A stretch of DNA of 64,000 nt, from the NCBI GenBank assembly GCA_963976285.1, contig CAXBJY010000008.1, forward strand, positions 14,414-78,413, in the 5' to 3' direction. Below, piece after piece: positions 18,345 through 25,900 of this stretch. Numbering within the stretch: the stretch's first letter is position 1; every line of letters starts with the position of its first letter. This DNA is from an uncultured Gammaproteobacteria bacterium (GTDB taxonomy: Bacteria; Pseudomonadota; Gammaproteobacteria; Ga0077536). The notes under the pieces were generated by a model, which was not told where the DNA came from, did no database searches, and saw nothing but the letters and a program-made list of their open reading frames with translations. Position numbers and translations under genes: made by a program.

Positions 18345-19598
18345 TTACGCGCGGTCCGCGATGTAATCGCTCTTGATCGTCACGATCGAATTGAACCAGG
18401 CTTCCATGTCGCGGACGTTCATCGTCGACCAGTCCGGGATGTCGACCACGAGCGCCTGGCCGAGCTGATTGCCGAAGTGCACGAGATTATTGTTCACCTC
18501 GGTGCGCTCGACGTTCCAGGCCGCGAGCGCCGCGTCGATGTCGCCGCCAGGAGTCAGCGCATCGCCGAGCGCAATCGCATCGTTCAGCCCTTTCAGCGCG
18601 CCGGCCGCGCTGTGCGGCCGCGCGAACGCGCCGGCGTCACCGGCGAGGCAAATGCGGCCGCGGCGATAAGCCGGCACCGGGCAATCGTAGATGGCATAGG
18701 CAAACGTATCGGCACTGCGTTCGGCGATCTCCGCGTAATACGCCGGCAACACATCGCGCGCGAGATCCTTCATGCGCCGCTCCGTCGCCAACGGCATCGC
18801 GCCGGGCGGCAGGGAGCCGACGTGCTGCACCCCGTGTTTGTCGCGCATGAACGTTTCGAGTTCATCATCGGCGATCGGGACGTACAGGCCCCAGTTCACG
18901 AGGCGCTCGCCACGGGCGATCGAATCGTTCGCACCGGGCACGAAGTAAAAGATCCCGTGACCACCGGGGTAGCCGACGCAGCGGATGCCCTGCTCCAGCG
19001 GCGGCGATTCGCCGAGCGTCGCCTCGTCGATGAAACCGCGCCACAGCACGTAGCCGGCGTAATTGACGTCGATGTCCGGAAACAGCGTGCGCCGGCCGAG
19101 CGACGCATAGCCGTCGGCGCACACGACGAGATCGAATTCATGGCGTGAACCGTCGATGAGTTCGAGTTGCACGCGATCGGCGCCGCGCTGCCCGAGCCGG
19201 CACACCCCGGTGTGCGTCCGGTAGATCGAATCGGGAACGCGTTTGCGCAGATTGCGATAAAGCCCGCCCCAGTTCAGCGCGGCGAGTGAGGCCGGCTGAT
19301 CCCAGGCCAGATAGCCGTAGCGCGGCTCCGCCGGGGTGCGGCAAATGCGTGAGAACGCATGCACCGGGAAATACGGAATGTCGGCGTCGATTAGATCGCG
19401 CGCGATGAAGTCCTCGATCGCCGCGAACGGAATACCGAGCCCGGCGCCGCGGTCTTTCAGTTCGTCGCCCGAGCGTTCGAACAGGGTGACGTTCGCGCCG
19501 CAACGCAGCAGTTCGATCGCAACCGCGCAGCCGGCGATGGAACCGCCGACGACCGCAACCTCGAGATCCGCCGCAGAATTTTTCTCGCCTCGGCCCAT
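18345..19598 (-). CDS. FAD-dependent monooxygenase (UbiH/PHBH-like fold)
   Basis: LEVAVVGGSIAGCAVAIELLRCGANVTLFER (FAD dinucleotide-binding motif), …LAGDAGAFARPHSAAGALKG (GD motif). Confidence 0.75.
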   Translation of the reverse strand: MGRGEKNSAADLEVAVVGGSIAGCAVAIELLRCGANVTLFERSGDELKDRGAGLGIPFAAIEDFIARDLIDADIPYFPVHAFSRICRTPAEPRYGYLAWDQPASLAALNWGGLYRNLRKRVPDSIYRTHTGVCRLGQRGADRVQLELIDGSRHEFDLVVCADGYASLGRRTLFPDIDVNYAGYVLWRGFIDEATLGESPPLEQGIRCVGYPGGHGIFYFVPGANDSIARGERLVNWGLYVPIADDELETFMRDKHGVQHVGSLPPGAMPLATERRMKDLARDVLPAYYAEIAERSADTFAYAIYDCPVPAYRRGRICLAGDAGAFARPHSAAGALKGLNDAIALGDALTPGGDIDAALAAWNVERTEVNNNLVHFGNQLGQALVVDIPDWSTMNVRDMEAWFNSIVTIKSDYIADRA

Positions 19599-19695
19599 GT
19601 TTCGTCACCCACCCGGCACGTCGTCACGCGCGAAGAATTTCGTCCGCCGTCCATTCTAAGGCGAGAGTCACGCGAGGCACAGCGGCGACCTCGGC

Positions 19696-20532
19696 GTGCA
19701 CCGGCTTTCCGATCGGAACGCCAGGCACACTGATCTTGCGCGAGCGACGGCACGTACCTTTCAGGTGACAACAGCAAACGAACAAAACCGCGCCGCGGTG
19801 ATCCAGGGCGCGAGCCGTGGCATCGGTCTGGCGCTCGTGCGCGCGCTGCTTGCCGATCCGCACAACGACCGCATCGTGGCGAGCTGCCGCGATCCGGCCG
19901 CTGCATCGGCATTGCGCGACCTGCAACGTGCAAATCCGCGGCGTCTCGACATCGTCGCGCTCGACGTCACCCGCGAAGACTCCGTGCGCGCGGCGGCGGC
20001 GCGCACGGCGGAACGCGTCGATACGGTGTCGTTACTGATCAATTGCGCCGGCCTACTGCACGGCGATCACTTCGAACCGGAGCGCCGGCTGGCCGATGTT
20101 GACCCGGAACACCTGCAGCGGCTGTTTGCGGTCAATGCGTTCGGCCCGCTGCTCGTCGCAAAACACTTCGCTGCGCTGTTCCCGCGCCAGCAGCGCGCCG
20201 TGCTCGCGAACGTGTCCGCGCGGGTCGGCAGCATTGGCGATAATGCGCTCGGTGGCTGGTACGGCTACCGCGGGTCGAAAGCCGCGCAAAATATGTTCAC
20301 GCGCAACCTCGCGATCGAACTGAAGCGCAGGCATCGCGGTATCATTTGCGTCGCGCTGCACCCCGGCACCGTCGACACGGATCTGTCGCAACCGTTCCAG
20401 CGCGGGGTGCCGGCGCACAAACTGTTCCCGGCGGCGCGCGCCGCGGCGCAGTTGCTCGCCGTGATCGACGGCCTGGGTCCGTCCGCCAACGGCGGTTTCT
20501 ACGCCTGGGATGGATCGGAAATCGAATGGTAA
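19696..20532 (+). CDS. SDR family oxidoreductase (CsgA/C-factor-like short-chain dehydrogenase); start uncertain (track GTG 19696; alternative GTG 19765)
   Basis: …AAVIQGASRGIGLALVRALL (TGxxxGxG), …YGYRGSKAAQNMFTRNLAIEL (YxxxK catalytic pair). Confidence 0.7.
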   Translation: MHRLSDRNARHTDLARATARTFQVTTANEQNRAAVIQGASRGIGLALVRALLADPHNDRIVASCRDPAAASALRDLQRANPRRLDIVALDVTREDSVRAAAARTAERVDTVSLLINCAGLLHGDHFEPERRLADVDPEHLQRLFAVNAFGPLLVAKHFAALFPRQQRAVLANVSARVGSIGDNALGGWYGYRGSKAAQNMFTRNLAIELKRRHRGIICVALHPGTVDTDLSQPFQRGVPAHKLFPAARAAAQLLAVIDGLGPSANGGFYAWDGSEIEW

Positions 20533-20637
20533 GCCGATCCGATACGCAGCGCCGCCGACGCGCCGCGACCTTGCAATGAACCGCGAACCCGGGCGCCGGC
20601 TGCGCCGGCCCGTGCGCAATCTCAAAAGGAGTTTCAA

Positions 20638-21090
20638 GTGAATACAGCAGATGTTGCGACAACCAGCGCCTGGCCGCTCGCGCCGATCGAAACCTACCTC
20701 GCCGAGACCGCGCTGCCGTGCCGCCTGGCCTGCGTCACCGACGCCGGTTTTCCGCATGTCACGTCGTTGTGGTACCTGTATCGCGACGGCGAACTGCTGT
20801 TCAGCGTGCAACGCAGCGCCATGGTTTCCACCTGGCTCGCGGAAAATCCGCAATGCGGCTTTGAAGTTGCCGTCAACGATCCCCCGTACCGCGGCGTGCG
20901 CGGGCGCGGCACCGCGACCGTTGCGCCGGCCACGGACGACACCGTGTTACGCAGCCTGATCGATCGCTTTCTCGGCGATGACAACCCGGGCCTCGCGCGC
21001 TGGTTGCTGTCGCGCACGGCGACGGAGTTGACGCTGCGGGTTCGCCCGCAATGGCTCACGGCGTGGGATTACGGCAAGCGCATGGCGTGA
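20638..21090 (+). CDS. pyridoxamine 5'-phosphate oxidase family protein (FMN-binding split barrel)
   Basis: GTG start with AAAGGA SD; 150 aa; …PHVTSLWYLYRDGELLFSV… pattern of PNPOx-like/general stress protein 26 family. Confidence 0.7.
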   Translation: MNTADVATTSAWPLAPIETYLAETALPCRLACVTDAGFPHVTSLWYLYRDGELLFSVQRSAMVSTWLAENPQCGFEVAVNDPPYRGVRGRGTATVAPATDDTVLRSLIDRFLGDDNPGLARWLLSRTATELTLRVRPQWLTAWDYGKRMA

Positions 21091-21106
21091 CCCCGCGACC
21101 GCCGGC

Positions 21107-22102
21107 TCACGACTGCCGGCTCTGCAGTTTGGCCGGCAACGCGATGCCCTCGTACTCGGCGACTTCGATCAGGGCGTGTTCGAAGATCTCGCGCGCCGCG
21201 CTCGTCGTGCGGCGCAGCTTCGCGTGCAACACGGCGTCCTCGTCGTTGCGGTTCTCACACTCCGCGCTGTACGCCTCGAATTGAGTCAGGGTGCGCACGA
21301 TGTCCACGAGATGATGCGGGCATTCGCATTGCACCGCCGGCGCCGCGTTCGCCAGCATTTCCAGTAGCGCATCGTCGAGAATCCGCGGCACCACGGTATC
21401 GGGCAAGCCGCGGTCGGGCGCCGCGCGCGGCGGCAGGGGCCGCGCGAGTTCCCGCCCGAGCTGGTAGCTGTCGGCCGGCGAGCGCAACGTGACGATCCCG
21501 TCGCGCGCGAGGTCGGCGAGCACGTCGGCAGGCGCGAAGCCGTAAATCACGACCGTCCGCTTCGCCGCCGTCTGCGCATGCAGTTGCCGGATCTGTCGCG
21601 CGCGGTTGCGCAGCAATGCGGCGACGTCGATCACGAGCGCGTCGGGCAGCGTGCGCAACGCTTCGGCTTCGAATTCGGGCCAGCTGCGACAGTGCGCTCT
21701 CACGGTCATGTCATCGAACGACGGATGGCCGGCCGGCAGGAGCGATTCGCGAGACTCACTGAACACAACGGCATCGGCGATCCCGGGCGACGCGGCGGCG
21801 CCGTCGGTGTGCTGGTCCTCGTGATGCAACTGCGTCAGTTCATCGAGTTCCGCCCGGCTCAGATTCGCGACCGAACTGATCGCGTGACCGCTGCCAATGA
21901 GCCGTTTGATTAGCTTTAACCGCTCGACATCGTCACTGCTGTACAAGCGCGCCGCGCTGCCGGTGCGCTGCGGCGAGACGACCTGGTAACGGCGCTCCCA
22001 CGCCCGCAGCGTGTCCACCGGGATCTGCGTAATGCGCGATACAGCGCCGATTTTGAACCGGGAACCGTCGTCCGGGTTTTCGTTCTCCGTGTCTTTGACC
22101 AT
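21107..22102 (-). CDS. MerR family transcriptional regulator with ~250-aa C-terminal domain of unknown function
   Basis: N-terminal HTH FKIGAVSRITQIPVDTLRAWERRYQVVSPQRTGSAARLYSSDDVERLKLIKRL = MerR-type. Divergent from the HiPIP operon promoter. Confidence 0.75.
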   Translation of the reverse strand: MVKDTENENPDDGSRFKIGAVSRITQIPVDTLRAWERRYQVVSPQRTGSAARLYSSDDVERLKLIKRLIGSGHAISSVANLSRAELDELTQLHHEDQHTDGAAASPGIADAVVFSESRESLLPAGHPSFDDMTVRAHCRSWPEFEAEALRTLPDALVIDVAALLRNRARQIRQLHAQTAAKRTVVIYGFAPADVLADLARDGIVTLRSPADSYQLGRELARPLPPRAAPDRGLPDTVVPRILDDALLEMLANAAPAVQCECPHHLVDIVRTLTQFEAYSAECENRNDEDAVLHAKLRRTTSAAREIFEHALIEVAEYEGIALPAKLQSRQS

Positions 22103-22221
22103 GTTGTTCGTTTCCTCACGTTATCCGGTGCTGTCCGGCACTCGCGGCGGTGTACACCGCGAGTGCGCAGTCGCGATCAGGCGATTCCTCGCAGGGATGA
22201 ATATAACGACCGAACTATTAA

Positions 22222-22280
22222 TTGAACAGTGCAAAGCATTGACATACCGTTCGAGCTTGTCTATATTTTGCACTGTTCAT
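22222..22280. promoter_or_regulatory. inverted pair of a 15-nt motif (TTGAACAGTGCAAAG at 22222-22236; TTTTGCACTGTTCAT at 22266-22280) bracketing the promoter: candidate operator
   Basis: Reverse complement of the second copy is ATGAACAGTGCAAAA. Copy 1 abuts the -35; copy 2 overlaps the -10 and predicted TSS. The same motif recurs at 25785-25829. Confidence 0.45.
22239..22267 (+). promoter_or_regulatory. consensus sigma70-type promoter TTGACA-17 bp-TATATT driving the small-ORF/HiPIP operon
   Basis: TTGACA at 22239-22244, 17-nt spacer, TATATT at 22262-22267, in a locally AT-rich intergenic region about 37 nt upstream of the ATG at 22304. Confidence 0.55.
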
Positions 22281-22303
22281 AACATATACAAAAGGACGCG
22301 CAC

Positions 22304-22405
22304 ATGAAAATCGCTCTGCACACGACCCGCCTCAACATTGTCAGCCTCGTCGCGATCGCGCCATTAGGCGTGCTTTCGGCGTTCGCCATCGTCGGCACCC
22401 TGTAA
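22304..22405 (+). CDS. 33-aa hydrophobic small ORF (MKIALHTTRLNIVSLVAIAPLGVLSAFAIVGTL); putative membrane mini-protein or leader peptide
   Basis: AAGGA SD 7 nt upstream of ATG, between promoter and HiPIP gene. Below the ORF-track size cutoff. Predicted single TM helix. Confidence 0.35.
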   Translation: MKIALHTTRLNIVSLVAIAPLGVLSAFAIVGTL

Positions 22406-22438
22406 ACCGATCAAGAAATTTTCCCGGAGGAACCCTCA

Positions 22439-22813
22439 ATGATAGACAAAACCCGTGCAACCGCATCGGCGACGACGCTTCGGTCGCGCCGCGACGCGTT
22501 GAAGAAAACAGCCGCCCTGGGTGCCGGACTCGTGCTCGGCGCCGGCCTCGCGACGCACCGCCGCGCCGCGGCGACGGAGCTGCCGCAACTCGCCGAAGAC
22601 CATCCGCAGGCGATCGCGCTCGGCTATCGCCACGACGCGGCAACCGTCGACCCGGTGAAATATCCGACCGCCGATGCGGCGTCGAAGAACTGCGCGAACT
22701 GCCAGTTGTTCCAGGCCGACGGCGATTCCGCCTGGGGCGGGTGTCCACTGTTCGCCGGCAAGGCGGTTAACGCGCAGGGCTGGTGCACCGCCTGGGTCAA
22801 GCGGGTCGGCTAG
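22439..22813 (+). CDS. high-potential iron-sulfur protein (HiPIP) with twin-arginine (Tat) signal peptide
   Basis: SRRDALKKTAALGAGLVLGAGLA (Tat motif); mature domain with CANCQLF…GGCPLF…GWCTAW, the four-Cys HiPIP [4Fe-4S] signature. Confidence 0.85.
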   Translation: MIDKTRATASATTLRSRRDALKKTAALGAGLVLGAGLATHRRAAATELPQLAEDHPQAIALGYRHDAATVDPVKYPTADAASKNCANCQLFQADGDSAWGGCPLFAGKAVNAQGWCTAWVKRVG

Positions 22814-22822
22814 GAGAGCAAC

Positions 22823-22984
22823 ATGGAACTGATTACGCCTGTTCGTGATTGCGGCGGTGCCGCGTGGCAATGGCTGCAGCGGCTCGCCGGCCCGCATGAA
22901 CGGATCTGTCGCCATCGGGAGTGGACGAAGTTCGGCACGTACTCGGAGCAGATGCTGTGTCGTCTGCTCGATGACCTGTGCTGA
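22823..22984 (+). CDS. 53-aa Cys-rich hypothetical protein
   Basis: MELITPVRDCGGAAWQWLQRLAGPHERICRHREWTKFGTYSEQMLCRLLDDLC. GGAGAG SD immediately after the HiPIP stop codon (TAG-GAGAGCAAC-ATG). Four Cys. Below ORF-track cutoff. Confidence 0.45.
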   Translation: MELITPVRDCGGAAWQWLQRLAGPHERICRHREWTKFGTYSEQMLCRLLDDLC

Positions 22985-23016
22985 TCTGCGTCGCGATCGC
23001 AACCGTACCCCCCGTA

Positions 23017-23916
23017 ATGAACCCATCACCCCGCACGGCTGCACCTCCGGTCACCGTCTACTTCGACGGCGACTGTCCGGTGTGCAGCCGGGAGATCGGC
23101 TGGTACCGGCGCTGCCGCGGGGCGGAGTCGGTCGCCTGGGTCGACATCCACGGCACTGCGTTCGCACCGGCTTGCGGCCTCACCCGCGACGCCGCGCTCG
23201 CCGAACTGCATGTGCGCGGGTCGGATGGTTCAGTCGTTACCGGCGTCGATGCGTTCGTCGAGTTGTGGCGCGAGTTGCCCGGCTGGCGCTGGCTCGCGCG
23301 CCTCGCGGCGCGCCGCGGGGTCAACCGGGTGCTCAAACGGGGCTACGCCGTCTTCCTGTGGTGGCGCCAGCGTGGCGACGCTACGGCGCCGGCATTTACC
23401 GCGCTTCCGACTCCGGTGCAGCGTGACTTGCGTTCGAATCACGCCGGTGAACTCGGCGCCGTGTGGATCTATCGCGGCATCCTGACGGCCAGCCGCGATG
23501 CGCAACTGCGGCACTTCGCCCGACGTCACCTGGCAACCGAGCAAACCCATCTCGCGCTGATGCGCGCACGTGTGCCGTTGCGCCGGCGCAGCGTCTTCGG
23601 GCCGATCTGGATCCTCGCCGGCTACGTCACGGGACTGCTCCCGGCGCTTGCCGGCAAGCACGCGGTCTACGCGACCGTCGCGGCGGTCGAGGCGTTCGTC
23701 GATGAACACTACCGGCAGCAGATCGAATACCTCGACAAGCAATCCGGTTGCGCCGATTTGCGCGCGCTGATCAACCGTTGTCACGCCGACGAGATCAACC
23801 ATCGCGACGAAGCGCGCCGCGCAGCGGGCGCGCCTGCCGGGCGGTGGCTCGACGCGTGGATCAAGCTCGTCACAAACACCTCACGCATCGCGGTGCGGAT
23901 CGCGCGCCGCGCGTAA
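23017..23916 (+). CDS. coq7: fusion protein: N-terminal DCC-family thiol-disulfide oxidoreductase domain (DUF393) + C-terminal Coq7-type di-iron demethoxyubiquinone hydroxylase domain
   Basis: Met 14 of track ORF 22978..23916 (alternative GTG 22978 overlapping the upstream stop). VYFDGDCPVCSREIGWYRR…WVDI = DCC signature. C-terminal half has NHAGELGAVWIYRG, ATEQTHLALM, AAVEAFVDEHYRQQ and DEINHRDEA, i.e. the E…ExxH…E…ExxH ligand set of Coq7/CLK-1. Confidence 0.75.
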   Translation: MNPSPRTAAPPVTVYFDGDCPVCSREIGWYRRCRGAESVAWVDIHGTAFAPACGLTRDAALAELHVRGSDGSVVTGVDAFVELWRELPGWRWLARLAARRGVNRVLKRGYAVFLWWRQRGDATAPAFTALPTPVQRDLRSNHAGELGAVWIYRGILTASRDAQLRHFARRHLATEQTHLALMRARVPLRRRSVFGPIWILAGYVTGLLPALAGKHAVYATVAAVEAFVDEHYRQQIEYLDKQSGCADLRALINRCHADEINHRDEARRAAGAPAGRWLDAWIKLVTNTSRIAVRIARRA

Positions 23917-23933
23917 ACCAGCAGGAGCAGCAC

Positions 23934-24968
23934 ATGGCCAGTGTAGCGATAGCAGGCGCCGGCATCGCCGGTATCAGCGCCGCCCGGGCGCTGCGGCAGG
24001 ATGGATACAGGATCACCCTGTTCGACCGCGGGCGACGTCTCGGTGGACGCGCCTGCTCGCGACGGACGGGTGGCGGTTACGATCACGGCGCGCAGTACTT
24101 CACCGTCTCCGACCCGGCATTCGCACGCGCACTCGCGCCGCACATGCGCAGCGGCGCGGTCGCGCCGTGGCACGGACGCGTCGTGCGCAGCGTCGGCGGG
24201 CAACTGCACGAGTTCGACGCGCGCCGCTATGTCGGGGTCCCGGGTATGGGTCGCCTCGCCGAAGTGCTGGCGCAAGACTGCGAAGTTTTGACCGACACCC
24301 GAGTCACCGTGGCTGAGCAAGGCGCACGCGGCTGGTCGCTCGTCGACGCGGACGGTTCGGAACTCGGCGAATACGATGTGCTGCTGCTCGCGATGCCGCC
24401 GGAACAGGCGAGCGCGCTGACACCGCGCGATTGCCCGTTGCGCGAGACCTTGCGCGCCTGTCGCTCGCAACCCGCGTGGGCCGCGCTGCTTCAATTCGCC
24501 GAGCGCCTGCCGCTCGATTTTGACGGCGCGACGTTCGATCGGCTCGACCTTGCCTGGGCGGCGCGCGACTCGGGCAAACCGGGCCGTGAACCGGGTGAAC
24601 GCTGGGTCGTGCATGCCGCCGCGGAATGGTCGCGGGAGCGGTTCGGGGCCGCACCCGAGCGGGTGGCGGCAGAACTCGCCAGCGCATTGTTCACCGCCAC
24701 CGCTCTCGATCCACGCGAGACGACAGCGATGTCCGCGCACCGCTGGGGCTTCGCGCGGGTCGGGAACGGACCGGCTTGTGGCGCGTTATGGGACGAACAC
24801 CTGCGCCTCGGGATTTGCGGCGACTGGTGTGTCAGCCCGCGTATCGAAGGCGCCTGGCTGAGCGGGGTCGAAGCCGCCGCGCAAATCCGCGCAAGCGTCG
24901 GTCGGCCACGACGGCGAACCGCGAAAACCGCCGCCGTCACGCCTGGCGACGAGGCAGCGCTGACATGA
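23934..24968 (+). CDS. NAD(P)/FAD-dependent oxidoreductase (amine-oxidase/renalase-like fold)
   Basis: Met 63 of track ORF 23748..24968 with AGGAG SD. MASVAIAGAGIAGISAARALRQDGYRITLFDRGRRLGGR (dinucleotide-binding motif). Confidence 0.7.
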   Translation: MASVAIAGAGIAGISAARALRQDGYRITLFDRGRRLGGRACSRRTGGGYDHGAQYFTVSDPAFARALAPHMRSGAVAPWHGRVVRSVGGQLHEFDARRYVGVPGMGRLAEVLAQDCEVLTDTRVTVAEQGARGWSLVDADGSELGEYDVLLLAMPPEQASALTPRDCPLRETLRACRSQPAWAALLQFAERLPLDFDGATFDRLDLAWAARDSGKPGREPGERWVVHAAAEWSRERFGAAPERVAAELASALFTATALDPRETTAMSAHRWGFARVGNGPACGALWDEHLRLGICGDWCVSPRIEGAWLSGVEAAAQIRASVGRPRRRTAKTAAVTPGDEAALT

Positions 24969-25759
24969 GCAAGGCCGACACGAAACCGTTCTCCGCCAGC
25001 GTCGATATGAACGAAGTGGCGTACTACGCGCAGCGCGCGCACACGTGGTGGGACGAACACGGCCCGTTCTGGCCGCTGCACCGACTGAACGCGCTGCGCG
25101 TCGACTACCTGAAGCGCGAACTCGCGACCGCGTTCGATCGCAACCCCGATTCGCCACAACCGCTCGCGGATCTCGAGGTACTCGACGTCGGCTGCGGTGG
25201 CGGCCTGCTTGCCGAAGCGATGGCGGCCCTCGGTGCGCGCGTGCACGGTATCGACGTCGTCGAGGGCAATATCCTCACGGCGCGCCATCATGCCCGCTCC
25301 CGGCCGTACCGCATCACTTATGACATAACGACGATCGAGGAACTCGCGCGCGGGACGCAACGCTACGATGTCGTGTTGACGCTCGAAGTGGTCGAGCACG
25401 TGGCGGACCTGGCGGGCTTCATGGCCGCCTGCACGCGGGTCGTGAAACCCGGCGGTATCCTCGCCGTCGCCACGATCAACCGCACGTGGCGGTCGTGGCT
25501 GTTCGCGATCGTGGGCGCGGAATATGTCCTGCGCTGGCTCCCGCGCGGGACGCATCAATGGCGCAAATTCGTGCGCCCCCGGTTCCTGCGGCAATTACTC
25601 GACGCACACGGGTTCGAGGTGTTCGCCGCGCGCGGCGTGCGCATCAATCCACTGAACCGGCGGTTTTCGACCACGAGTGATCTCAGCGTGAACTACATGC
25701 TGCTCGCCACCCGCACGAACGCAGCGGTTTCCCCGATCGCAACCGGCACAACACAGTGA
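24965..25759 (+). CDS. ubiG: ubiquinone biosynthesis O-methyltransferase UbiG (3-demethylubiquinone 3-O-methyltransferase)
   Basis: Met 114 of track ORF 24626..25759; ATGA overlap with the upstream gene. …LEVLDVGCGGGLLAEAMAALGARVHGIDVVE… (SAM-binding motif I), DVVLTLEVVEHVADL, VKPGGILAVATINRT. Confidence 0.8.
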   Translation: MSKADTKPFSASVDMNEVAYYAQRAHTWWDEHGPFWPLHRLNALRVDYLKRELATAFDRNPDSPQPLADLEVLDVGCGGGLLAEAMAALGARVHGIDVVEGNILTARHHARSRPYRITYDITTIEELARGTQRYDVVLTLEVVEHVADLAGFMAACTRVVKPGGILAVATINRTWRSWLFAIVGAEYVLRWLPRGTHQWRKFVRPRFLRQLLDAHGFEVFAARGVRINPLNRRFSTTSDLSVNYMLLATRTNAAVSPIATGTTQ

Positions 25760-25784
25760 TCCGGAATTCCCGAATGCACGTATG

Positions 25785-25829
25785 TTGAACAGTGCAAATA
25801 TTGTTCACACGATTTGAACAGTGTTGCAA
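25785..25829. promoter_or_regulatory. second occurrence of the TTGAACAGTG(C)AAA motif (two direct copies) upstream of the fasciclin gene
   Basis: TTGAACAGTGCAAAT (25785-25799) and TTGAACAGTGTTGCAA (25814-25829), with TGAACA/TGTTCA inverted half-sites in between. In the ubiG-fasciclin intergenic region. Confidence 0.4.
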
Positions 25830-25900
25830 CGATAAACCGAACCGGCCAATGCCGGCCCGGTACGCCACCTGGTCCTTAATGAATGGAGTTTGCGAGTCTG

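Noticed and set aside
20533-20637. GCGCCGGC-T-GCGCCGGC repeat/hairpin after the SDR gene at 20532
   Set aside because: Short tandem/self-complementary GC element without a U-tract. Could be a weak terminator but too ambiguous to call.
22239-22267. Considered whether the HiPIP promoter is a classical MerR-type promoter controlled by the divergent MerR-family regulator
   Set aside because: MerR-type promoters have 19-20-bp spacers with the operator dyad inside the spacer. This promoter has an optimal 17-bp spacer, and the repeated motif lies outside it and over the -10. The MerR protein may still bind, but not by the canonical spacer-distortion mechanism.
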